Shown: positions 21,275 to 32,667 of the stretch, piece after piece
How positions within the stretch are numbered: the stretch's first letter is position 1
Layout: every line of letters begins with the position of its first letter
Assembly: GCA_004764695.1 (NCBI GenBank)
Contig: SMSO01000031.1
Coordinates: 2,766,436-2,830,435, forward strand
Reading direction: 5' to 3'
DNA: 64,000 bases
DNA from: Schizochytrium sp. TIO01
Lineage: Eukaryota > Protista > Bigyra: Labyrinthulomycetes
Notes under the pieces: generated by a model
What the model was told of the DNA's origin: nothing
Databases searched by the model: none
What the model saw: only the letters and a program-made list of their open reading frames with translations
Position numbers and translations under genes: made by a program

Positions 21275-22543
21275 CTACTCGTTTTTCTTGGGCTTGATTT
21301 TGAGAGGGTGAATACCCAACACCTTCGCAAGGTTTAGTACGGAGGTGATGAAATATGTGTGGTGCAGGATAAAGCTAATAGCAGCCAGGACCCACCACCA
21401 TGGCGCGTCTGTAAGCTGGCGAGGTTCCATGTAAACAATTCCAACAAGAAATCCAACAACCGGGAGAAAGCCTGGCGGTACAAGAGGAAGCGGCCGGCGA
21501 CCAACACGCATGAGCAAAACGCGATCCATTAAATCAGCAAATCCAAAGCTCACAATAATACCAAAGCCGCGCATAGCTGCAGCTGCACGGGTCTGGTCTG
21601 TTAGCTGGCCCACCTTGAGTACACTAGCAGCTGTCAGGGCAATGTAAACATGGATGAGAACAAGGTGAAAGAGAAGAGCGCCAATACCTGTTCCAGCCAC
21701 ACCGTTCTTAACGTGTTGAGGACGATCCTCAAACTTCTTTAGGTAGGGAGGAAGCGACGCAAAAATGTATTGTGGGTAGTTAACAAAGCATCCAGAGAGA
21801 CCACCCATGATGACGAGGTTTCGCAAGCTAAGGCGACCATCGCTAAGGTCAATTGCCTGAGACGCGGGCACAGTGCCCCAAAAGTCAATGTAAATAAAGC
21901 GTGCAAAATCCGGAATAGGGAAAGACAATGCGTTGAGGGTTTCGGGCCCGAAGATGCCTGCAACAAGAAGCACAGAAATCATGAGCGTTTGCACTTCCAT
22001 GACGTCAAGGTCGAAGAACATTTGACGTCCCGAGTGTACAAGGGTCATATTGCTCAGAAAAAAGTTCATCTGGGCACTCATAATGAATACCCAAACCCAT
22101 GGGGATGTAATGCCAAAAGCAAAAACATCAGCAGTCAACAAGCACAGAAGCGCGGTAACGACGGCGTCGACGCCATGATCCATCAGTTCGCCTAAGGCAG
22201 ACCCAGCACCAGTGCGGCGCGCCTGCTTTCCATCAGATCCATCCAAGGACTGGTACAAAAAGTAGAGAAGTCCACTTACAATGTATTGCCAGTTTTGCAG
22301 CTCTCCTTTGAGGTCAGGAGAAAAAGTAATGGTAAGTAAGTACGCAAGCCAAACGCAGACGTATCCACCAAGGGTAATCACATTGGGCGCGAGCCACATG
22401 GGGTAGATATGGACGATTTTGTTCCAAAATGCATCAAGGTACAACCTTTCTAGCAGCGACAGGGTTGGGCTGGAGTACTTGTAGGATTTAACAGCCTCTG
22501 TAAAGGCTTGCCATTCCTCCTCGTTGCGTAGACTGCCCAGCAT
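21275..22543 (-). CDS. CEPT1: Choline/ethanolamine phosphotransferase (CDP-alcohol phosphatidyltransferase, CEPT/EPT/AAPT family), ~422 aa
   Basis: First ATG at 22543 (track start 22612 is GTG). YKYSS, PMWLAPNVITLGG and the catalytic motif DGSDGKQARRTGAGSALGELMDHGVD. Multiple TM helices. C-terminal KKNE is a KKXX ER-retrieval signal. Confidence 0.93.
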   Translation of the reverse strand: MLGSLRNEEEWQAFTEAVKSYKYSSPTLSLLERLYLDAFWNKIVHIYPMWLAPNVITLGGYVCVWLAYLLTITFSPDLKGELQNWQYIVSGLLYFLYQSLDGSDGKQARRTGAGSALGELMDHGVDAVVTALLCLLTADVFAFGITSPWVWVFIMSAQMNFFLSNMTLVHSGRQMFFDLDVMEVQTLMISVLLVAGIFGPETLNALSFPIPDFARFIYIDFWGTVPASQAIDLSDGRLSLRNLVIMGGLSGCFVNYPQYIFASLPPYLKKFEDRPQHVKNGVAGTGIGALLFHLVLIHVYIALTAASVLKVGQLTDQTRAAAAMRGFGIIVSFGFADLMDRVLLMRVGRRPLPLVPPGFLPVVGFLVGIVYMEPRQLTDAPWWWVLAAISFILHHTYFITSVLNLAKVLGIHPLKIKPKKNE

Positions 22544-23530
22544 TTTTCTTTTTGCTGGTTGCTCTGCTTCAAAAAATCCAGTTAAAGCTTTGCTGTGAGT
22601 CCAGAATGCCACGGCTAGGTTCTCTGTGTATCCTTTCAGGTGCTTTCTAAGGGACCTTCGTGTAACGCGAAAGCCTCAAGGTAGGTGGATCAAAAATACG
22701 CCAAGCAACAGAAGCCAGTAGACACGATTAGTTAGTCTCGTAAACTACCTTGACTTGCAACTCGGCTAAGCCTAGAGTATCTATGTCAAATCTAAAGACG
22801 GTCACCCGTGCGCTGCCGAACACCCTCACGGCGCGCTGATGTCCCTCCGTCTTCCCTCGGAGATTTGGTTTGTCATGAGGCTTAAGCCTCTTCAATCCAT
22901 GCTATCCATACATGGATACATTATGATAGGTACATATTTATTAGGTCTCAATACTATAAAGTAGATACTTTTTCTTCAACGATCTATTTCTTTATGACAT
23001 TCATTCCAGCGGTTTCTGTACAAGCCAAAAACAATTGTAAGTAGCTTCGCCTGCCTCAAATCTTGCATTCCTTGATTTCAGGAGAAGTTTACGGAGTTAT
23101 CGCTTATAGAGTTTGATTGACGCTTCATTCTCAGAATTCTCCTGTATGATTTTCACATTCTTGTGAATACGTACTATAACAGGTAGATAGTAGTTGACCA
23201 CTACTACTAACCTATATATTGGATCGATTTTTCTCAAAAAGAAAAATTGTTTCCTACGGTAAAGAACCTCATGAGAGAAGTCCACTGCGATGGTGTGAAC
23301 CAATGAGTTCTATATTCCTTTAGTTTGACTGGAAACAGACCAAAATTCAATTCGCATCACTTTCAGATAACGTTGTAGTCTTACTGTTATAGTCGTACGA
23401 ACTTGCTACTATCTATAATAGGTAATATTTTTTTGGAAACCTATAAGCCTACTTGTAAGGACCGAAAGATAAATATTGTACGTCTTAAATTGGAAAGTGT
23501 ACTAAAAAGCTATTTCTGGACAAAGTCGTC

Positions 23531-24232
23531 GTGTACATAGTGGCAGGAGGCTCTGACCAAAAATGCTGGAACACGAAGCTCTGGGGCTACTGCATCGATC
23601 TGCTCAAGATGACTGTTTTGGTGCGAGACGCCTATGGCGATTTGTCTTTACAACTTCATGGAATTCATAAGATTCATGAGGTTTATGAATGGGAAGGACC
23701 AGGCACAATTGCAAACAGAATGACTAGCATTTATGGTATGTTTTTCAACTTGAAGCATGAGGCAGACAGGCTTGAGGAAATCGAGGTGACAGTAACGAAA
23801 GATAATTACTTTCACGAGTAGTACGAAGTAAGTAGTATTTTTATTAATTTTCTGATTGGCATGTGGTAGTAGGTATAAGGTTTGCTGGACCATGGCTTTT
23901 TGAGTATGGTTGATTCGCATACAACATTGCGTTGAAAACATGATGTGCAGGTGAAGAAAACACGTGAGGAAAGGTCAACATAATAGAAGAAACCCACGCG
24001 TAAATTAGCCATAGTCCAACCAAAAGCCCCTCCCCGGGCATATTTGAGGGTGAATGAGCCCGCGAGCAATCTGCAGACAAGATTCTTGCAGATGACGTTT
24101 GATTTTGTATTCGGTATATTCTTCTGTGTCGCTGCTCTATATCGATGCATGAGTGCTGCCAAGGCCACAAATTCGGGTGTCTATAAGGCTTTAAAGCGTG
24201 TGCAACGGGATCGAGCAATCATGTGTGCGTGA
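23531..24232 (+). pseudogene. Possible decayed coding remnant of unknown origin
   Basis: A 96-codon non-ATG ORF (23531-23821) reads like protein (VLVRDAYGDLSLQLHGIHKIHEVYEWEGPG) and is followed by stop-interrupted frames. No family recognised. Confidence 0.18.
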
Positions 24233-24397
24233 ATCTCACAGAAACAGGGGACGGCTTTTCTTTCTTTTCTTTTTAGCAACAGATAAAAGTGCGCCTGGAC
24301 CTCAAGCCCAGGCTTTAAGGTAGTAGGAAAAAAAGGCAACGTACAGCAACTGGAGCAAGCACGCGCTTGTAGTACAAGGGCATTGTTCTCTCAATGA

Positions 24398-25726
24398 TCA
24401 TTTCCGCTTGACAACGCCCTTGGAGCTGGCTGGTTTCAAAACAGAGAAGGAACACATAAGGTCCTGCGAGACACTCATCATACCACCTGCGTTCTCGAAC
24501 TCACCACAATAGTTGGGGGCCGAGAAGATAGTAACCAGCTTACGATCGGCCTGAAACTCATAGCCATCCTCAACGACTTGGTGCGCACGGCAAATGAGGT
24601 CGAGGTCATGCTTGGCAAGGAAGTCGCAAATGACGTCAGCACCAAACGTATACGATACACCACGATCGGAATGTGCCCATCCAACCAGGTCTCTGTCAGG
24701 ATCAGCCCACAGCAGATCGCAAAGAAGTCCTTCATCTGGTACGTTGCAGGGGCGTGCAATTAGGTTGATCTGATGCAGATCAATAAGCTCGTTTGATAGA
24801 CCGCCGTGCATGCACAGAATCTTATCTTCCACAAGACTGGCTACAGGCAAGCAGTTGAAGACGTCTCCAAAGGTGCGCCAAAGCTTGATCGAGTAGCGGC
24901 GCTTACATTCATCATAGAAACCATAGATACTGTGTATGGTACCCGCAAATGAACAGGTTAAAAAAAAAGAAAAAGATACAGATCCAAGGGCAGCAGTAGC
25001 CCATATTGAAGTTCGCAAATGTGGAAATCATTGTGATAAATAATCGTGTTAGTCCAATCTCTCCGAATTTTTGTTTCTCCCGACCCTAGCCACAATATGT
25101 AATTTCTCTAGAATATTTCCGTCAACATCCCCCTTCACTAATCTTAAAACCCAAGCCCTATTTACAAGATCTATTTTGGTTGCCCACTGCTCTCTCTCTA
25201 TATATACACACAGAGGCATATGAACACCAGCACTGATATTGCGCATTTGCAATATACAAGGTATATGCATGAGATTATAACCCAAGCGCTGAGAGCCAGA
25301 CACTGCTAAGGAGTTGCATCGTACTTACCGGTTGATAGAACTACTCTCGTGGTTACCACGGAGAAGAAAGAAGTTTTCCGGATACTTGATCTTATAGCAG
25401 AGCAAAAGACAGATGGTCTCAATACTCTGTGACGCCCGATCGACATAGTCGCCGAGAAAAAGATAGTTAGCCATTGGCGGGAAGCCACCCATCTCAAAGA
25501 GACGGAGCAAATCATAGTATTGTCCGTGGATGTCTCCGCAGATATTGATTGGTCCACGGATCTCCAAGAGCATACGCTGGTTGAGGAGTACCTCACGTGC
25601 CTTTGCAAGGATCGCTACAATATCATCCTGAGCGAGCTCCACCTGGGTGCCGGGCTTAGCCTTGCGCACTGAGAGGAGCTTGGAGATGATGGCATCAACC
25701 TCTAGAACCCGGGTTGCAGATGCCAT
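24398..25726 (-). CDS. PPP1C: Serine/threonine protein phosphatase PP1 catalytic subunit, two exons (25726-25329 and 24929-24398), 309 aa
   Basis: [27 protein letters not shown], spliced INR|[56 protein letters not shown]. Exons of 398+532 = 930 nt join in frame. Confidence 0.96.
24930..25328 (-). other. Spliceosomal GT-AG intron in PP1 (399 nt, phase 2)
   Basis: Minus strand AAC CG|GTAAGTAC ... CCATACACAG|T ATC TAT GGT. Removal restores the conserved INRIYGF motif. Confidence 0.93.
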
Positions 25727-25749
25727 GTTGTTGTTGGAGTTAGTAAGTT

Positions 25750-26260
25750 CTGGGGTAGATTGAGGTAAGTATTAAAAATGAGCTTGCTGCCTTCTTGGGT
25801 CCAAGTGAACCCAGCAAAAGGTGCAGTCTTAAAGAACGTAAAATGGATTTGAACTCTCACCAAAGTTCACCGGGCAAGCAAGAAGGATACCCAATTGATG
25901 TTAAGACGACGAGTGTGGACGGATTATTATTTCCTATCTTCCAGCTGTTTACAGCAAGAAGTCAATGTTCAATCAGAAGCAGCCCTCCACGAAGAAGATG
26001 ACGCTCCAGGAAAACCAAAATATCTGCAAAATAACAGATCAGCTCAGATTCCCAAATTGGCTAGCCAACGAGCTAGCTAACAGTTGGCTTTTTGAAAAGG
26101 TTCAGGAACCACGAGTGCCTTGAGCTCTACACAGTTCCTCGCTAACTACGCAAATGTAGACTTTCCCCCGAACGATATGTCTACGTGTATATATAATATA
26201 TAATACTATATATACACCTTGAGGGTCACTGTTGTCACCACTTTTTGCTCTGCTCCTTAC
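25750..26260 (-). other. Putative 5'-UTR intron of PP1 (511 nt)
   Basis: Minus-strand donor TCTGC|GTAAGG at 26260 and acceptor CTACCCCAG|AAC at 25750, 23 nt before the ATG. The upstream segment is GC-rich, has an in-frame TAG and no in-frame ATG after it, so it would be untranslated. Confidence 0.5.
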
Positions 26261-27434
26261 GCAGACCGGACGAAAACGCCGATGTAATTGGTGTTGACGC
26301 TGCAATTGCTGCCACTGCAGTGATCAACCTGATGTCGATGCGCTAGTCGTTGTTGTTGTTGCCACTCTTGCTGCTGTCGTCGATGATATGATGTTGCTGC
26401 TGTTCTGGCTTCCTTCCTTCCTGCGCTGCCTGCGGCGGGCTGGCAGCGCCGTTTCTCCGGCGTGCTGCGGCGGAGCTTCTTGCTAAGCTTGCTTGCGTGC
26501 GCGGGGGCGTGTGGTCGGCCTGCCGTCGAGCGAGCGTGCTGCGGCCCGAGGCGGCGCGGAGAGGGAAGGAGGGATGGAGGGATGGAGCGACGACCGAATG
26601 AACGAGCGAGCGAAGGCGTGAATGAATGAACAACAAACAAACTTTCAACAAACAAACAACTTTCAACTTAACTTTATAAAAATAAAAAAAAAGCAAACAA
26701 AGAAAACTTTGAACAGCCAGCCGCTCGAAAAACTAAACCAAAGCTCAGTCGAGCAGCAAAGCAACCTAGCAAATAAGCAACCAGCCAACACTAACACTCA
26801 ACAACCACGACTGACTGCTACGGAGCGCGGATAAGTAGGAACCTCTTCGCACGCCACCTCAATCTCCCTCGCAAATTGCCGCCTCCTCTTATACTATCTA
26901 TCTATCTAGCTATAATAAACAAATAAATAAATAAATAAACAAATAAATAAATAAATAAAAATAAATAAATAAATAATTAATTAAATATAACAGCTAGGCA
27001 GGCGCCTAGCTAGATAGGGAAAGCAGGTGTCCGCTGCTTTCTTTAACCCGCTCGACAGACTTTTCTTCCTTTCCCTCTCCATTCTCTCTCTTTCTCTTCA
27101 ACTTAAGTTTCTTTTCTGCAAATCAAAATAAGTCACACAAAGCTAAATATAGCCTCTCTCTTTCTTTTTTCTATCCACGAAGCCTCTTTCGTTCATTCAT
27201 TCATTCATTCATTCATTCATTCATTCGCGCTCACTCTCTCACTCTGCTCCTGACTCCTTGAAACGAAAGCGTCGCGAAACAAACAAACAAACAAACAAAC
27301 AAACAGACAAACAAACAAACAAACAAAGTCCTTCTTCCTCAGCGCCTCAGAGGGAGTGGACTTTCATTCACTTTTTCATTCGTTCATTCATTCATTCATT
27401 CATTCATACATACATACGAGGCCAACCTCAGAGG

Positions 27435-27535
27435 AGAAGAGAGCAAACAAAGCAGAAGAGAGCAAACAAAGCAGAAGAGAGCAAACAAAGCAGAAGAGAG
27501 CAAACAGAGCAGAAGAGAGCAAAGAAAGCAGAAGA
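27435..27535 (+). repeat. Minisatellite, 19-bp unit AGAAGAGAGCAAACAAAGC x ~5.3
   Basis: Three exact copies start at 27435, 27454 and 27473; two one-mismatch copies start at 27492 and 27511; a partial copy follows. Confidence 0.9.
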
Positions 27536-27985
27536 ATCGCGGCCGCAGCGACAGAAGAGCGAGAGAGGAAAAGCGTGCTGTATCATGTACTAAGTTCGGG
27601 CCTACCCTCCTGCTACCGTCAACATTAGCACTGGGTTTCCTCTGGGTACCCTTTTCCGGTTTCTGTTCTTTTTTCCGCACGAGGAAAAACCAGAAAGAAG
27701 CAAACTCAAAGATTTTCATAAAGGCACTTGGAGTGAGTGAGTGAGTGAGTGAGTGCGTGCGTGCGTTAGTGAGCGCCTAGTGCCTAGCAGTCGGATAGGG
27801 GTTCTTAGCAGTCAGTCCTAGGTGTGAGCGGGAATTGCGAGTGCTGATCATCCTCCATCGACGATTCTTCGTGGCGATCGATCCTCAGGCAGGCAGAAGC
27901 CACGAAGCGACCAAATAACCAGCCTCACCAACTTGACCATTGGTCACTCGCTGCACAGCCTTCTTGAAACCAACTTCGCCCCGTC

Positions 27986-28026
27986 CCACGCCACGCCACG
28001 CCACGCCACGCCACGCCACGCCACGC
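27986..28026 (+). repeat. (CCACG)8 pentanucleotide microsatellite
   Basis: Directly visible perfect tandem array. Confidence 0.92.
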
Positions 28027-28127
28027 GAAGGCTTTGCTTTGGCTTTGCTTTGGCTTTGCAAAACCCAGTTCTGTCTCTCTCTCTCTCTATCTATCTCTCC
28101 ATATATCTCTGTCTCTGTATCTCTCTT

Positions 28128-28426
<299 letters not shown>

Positions 28427-31400
28427 CTCTGAGGTTCTGCCATCATTCCATTTTAATTAAGTGAGTAGGTACGGTCTGATGATTTGGAGAGCGAGCGACA
28501 GCGTGTACGAATGAAGGGTGTCACGATGAGCGTGAAGCATGGCAGCCTCGAGGAAATAAGGACGCTTGCTTGCTTGCTTGCTTCTTACTTACTTACTTAC
28601 TTACTAGCTTACTTGCTGGTGCAGAGGCATGTGATTCTCATTCTCGTACAGAACTATGGCCACCTACTTGACTCAAAAGAAAGAAAGAAAGGCTTCGCTA
28701 TGAAAAAGTGTTTTTTTATCTACTTACTTACTTACTCACTCACTCACTCACTCACTCACTCACTCATTACTTTTTACTTACTTACTTACTTACCCACTTG
28801 CTTAGTTATATCTTTCCTCGACTTACAGTGCTCTCGATGGATTCTGAGTCAGTCGCCGCTGCCTCACCTGCAGTTTTAAAGCTGCTGTTGCAAAGACCTG
28901 CGAGACAGTTGAGGCGTGCCACTTCTCTCGAGATTGCCATTACCTGCCATGGGACTTCTTCGGACCTGGAGACGAAAGTTGCAGCGATTTCCCGCTTTCG
29001 AAAAGTCCTCTCCTCACTCGAAGCTACAAGTGCTATGAGTAGTTAGGCAGGTACTAATGATAGATTGATACTCCTACTACTACTGCTACTATGAGCAGAA
29101 CAACACACAACAGTTCACGAGGTACTATGATTATGAGTTGTTGTTGCTGCTTTTCGTTTTGAAACTTTTATTCTATTTGATAGCAATGCACAGCCTAAAG
29201 TAGAAGCACTGCCTATGACCCCTTCTTCTTTTTACTTTTCTTTTAAATCAAAAGCTCCTTTATCCTGTCAGTACACCTTCTAACTTACCTGTCTTTCCTT
29301 TATTTATCACAATTTAGTATAATGATGATTTATTTCTCTATATTAAAAAATATTGATTGCCTTCTTTTTTTAACGCTGTTGCTATTTTAATTTGGAGTAA
29401 ACATTTTTTCACAAGTAGAAGAATGAACTTGAACTTTACTAGCTAGAAAGTTGAAATTAAAAGTAAAGAGTTGTTTATTTATTTTCCTTAAAACCTACTA
29501 GCATTTTCTTTAATTTGCACGTCAGAATTAGGGGGAAAGCACTTGTCATGTTTTCAAAACGATACTATTATTCCTAAAGTATCTAGTAGAAAGGGACTAA
29601 TAATCCAACTGACTCCTACATTTATTTCTTAGAGCGGCACCGTCCACTTGGATTAATATCCCCCCCTGCTAAGCCGTTCTCACCTCGTTCCATGGGATTA
29701 GCATGGTACGGATAATAGTAAGGAGTCTGTTTGGTAATAATATTGATATCCGCTGGACCGAAGTCATGGGGTGCTAGCTGGGGGGTACGTTTATGGGCGA
29801 GATGTCCGTTATGCGTTCTTGAGCGAGCAAGAGAACGGCACAGACTTGGAGACACAAATGCGCTCGTAATGCGCGCAAGTTGAGCATGGCCAGAGGAAGC
29901 AAGACATCATGTAAAGAGATGGGGTAATGAATGTCGTATCACCGTCCAGAAAGCCTCGCTGTGGGCATATAACGGACCTCCTGGAGACGCGAGCCTCACG
30001 GCTGGTCACCTTGACATGTACCTAGAACAACTTGAGCATGGACAAAAATAACACGTGCATTACAGAGCTCGGATGGGGTAACCAATTTAGGTTTATTCTT
30101 GGAAGCCTCGAAGAGATTGCGAATTACCAGCACAGTGCAAATTTTGTCGCAACGAATGTCTGTGGGACAAAAGTTTTGGGCGCTAAATCCACAGACTCAC
30201 CGCAATTTAGATCAGCTCAAAACAAAATATCTCTTACTTCTCCTATCAAAATCGCTTAGATACAAACTCCGCTAGTTGCTTATCAATTGCACTACGTTAT
30301 TCCATGATGACAGGAGAGCCACCTGTCATCATTACCCTGGAAATCAGCACGCACAAACTCCGTTCATCCATAACTTCGACAGGGTGGTTATGTCCCCTCA
30401 AATTTGAACCCTTATCCTTGTAGGTTTCACTTGGCAATGATAGAAATGACTTTTCTTGTTCCTTTGAGCCTCTGCTTGCGCATAGCAATCTATTGAACCT
30501 AAATCGAACCTTTCACTCAAGTATAACTTCATCCTGCGTTACCCTCAATGGAGGTCTGATCTGGCCCGGGCCCGGAGGGTAGAGCCTACTCCGACTCCTG
30601 AGCGCCACTGCTGCTAAGATAGCCTTTTTGGCTTCTTTAGAAACGCGCACACCAGTTCTCTGCACCCTAAGTACTACTTCCGGACTTGGCGATAGACTAC
30701 TTAACTACCTGAGTAGTACTAAATTCTCAGAGAAGTACTGAGTTACTCACCTACGTCCGCCTAACTGACTGACTGACTGACTGATTATCCGAGCGAGGGA
30801 TGAATGAATTCTCCTGTTTGTTTGAAGATTGAATGATCCAATCAAGACTGGATGCCGTGAATGGAAACAATTGCCTCCCTTCGCATTCCAGCGAATAAAA
30901 CTTTCTCAGTCACATTTTATTCAAGTAGTTTGATTGATTTGACAATTTGGTAGGAAAACAAATGGTTGACTTGACCCCATAATCTTCAACCTAAAGTTCT
31001 TTTATCTCTTTTTCCAAAATCTATTCAGGTACCGATTGTTTGTCACTACTGTGGCTGCCGCACGTGTGCACGAAAATGCTCGCTGAGACCGCGATCAGCC
31101 TTGGTGATGAGTTTCACTTACTACCAAAAGACAACGAGGGATGAGAAAAGAGTAAAGTTCGCGTGAAGGCTGTTTAATAGTTAGCAGTCGCGCCACTAAT
31201 GAAAGTGGCAAAAGAATATCATATGATCTGATTGATTTTGTTTTAAAAAAATTAGAAAAATTAGAAAAGTGAAACTTTAAAAACAGAACAAAAAACTTTC
31301 ATGTATTTATCAATATAGATTGTTTTTTAAAGTTAAAAGTTAAGAGTTAAAAGTTAAAATGAAAAATGAAAATGAACAAACCGGAAGTCCGAAGATCGTT

Positions 31401-32667
31401 TGCTTCTTATTTGTTTCTGTTGTTACACACCGCAAAACCTCAGCATTTAATCTACCAGTGCTCTCACGGTGAGAAGAGGGTGGACTTTAGAAATGTTAAG
31501 GATTCGTTTCACTTGCAGCAAACCAGAGAAAGAGGCTGCAAAGATTACAACGTTGTCACGAAAGACTAGACAATAATCCACTGTCAATTGTGTGAGACTT
31601 TCAAGGGCAAGGACAAGCGAGAAGTCTGTTAAGACTCTCATAGCTATTGGCAGTACTTAGGGTGACATAGTCTTGAAGACACTCCTGAGAGTTCTGTTCA
31701 ACTCACGATCGAAAATAAAACCTAATGCACTAAGCACAGAACGTAGTATATTTTAGATTTCTGTCAAAATTTGCACCCAGGTACGTTGTGTTCTCGAGTT
31801 GTTAAAAAAACTCAAGTTTCTTGAAAAGGCTTTGTGCTGTATCTAGCTAGTTCAACACTTCAACATCAGGTATGAGTGATGTACTTGGGCTCAAGAAGAA
31901 TATCCATCGCGATAGAGAAGTTATCCATAAGCAGATATACTGTCTCTCTTCTAAGTCTTTGCTTAGTACCTAGGAAGGTATGATATCTATCGTAAATTAG
32001 CAAAGTGATTCTGGGCAAACAAGAAGTGATTGTTGGGCTTGAGTTCTTACCCAAGCTAAAAGACTCTAGCTTATTATCTCTGACTAGTGAGAGTGTGGTT
32101 TCATTTTTTTAAACTTAAAAAATAAAATTAAAATACTATTACAAGGTCTAACACTGATAATAATAAATAATAGATAAATAAAATGAATACCCAAGTATGA
32201 AAACATTTTCCTTTGAGGTTTATTCCTACATTTAATGAAGACATGACAAACAAATATCATACTATAATTTGCCAGCGTTGATGCTTGCAACATACGATTC
32301 TAAATCCATGATTCCTAGGAATGCTCCAAATTTTAACGAAAGAACCTATTATCATTCTGAGAAAAGGTCTCGAAAAAAGCCTCACTTCTATTAGAACCAG
32401 TAAGTAGTCGTAGGCAGCCTCATGTGAGTAATACGAAGCTAGCTATAAGTACTTACTGTTGGGCCAGTCAAATAGAAGCAAAAGCAGGTTGTGAGACAAA
32501 TCCTCTCAAGTCGAAGCATAAATTCTCCAGCATCGACACTAGCGCTGACACTGCCCATCTATATGCCTTGGAACACATAATTGAAACTCAATAGGAGTGC
32601 CCTCGTTTGCTCGACCTAGCTTCCCTAACTTTGTTAGATTTCTCTGGCACTCTTGGAGTCGACAAGG

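Noticed and set aside
21275-21400. Possible selenocysteine read-through as in animal SELENOI/EPT1
   Set aside because: The stop is TAG and the protein ends in a KKXX signal; no in-frame TGA.
24398-25018. 206-aa ORF as a separate phosphatase gene
   Set aside because: It is PP1 exon 2 plus intron-derived N-terminal residues.
27258-27719. ORFs with repeated EESKQSRREQT/KQTN peptides; the 19-bp repeat considered as a CRISPR-like array
   Set aside because: Repeats are head-to-tail with no spacers, the context is eukaryotic, and the ORFs derive from simple repeats.
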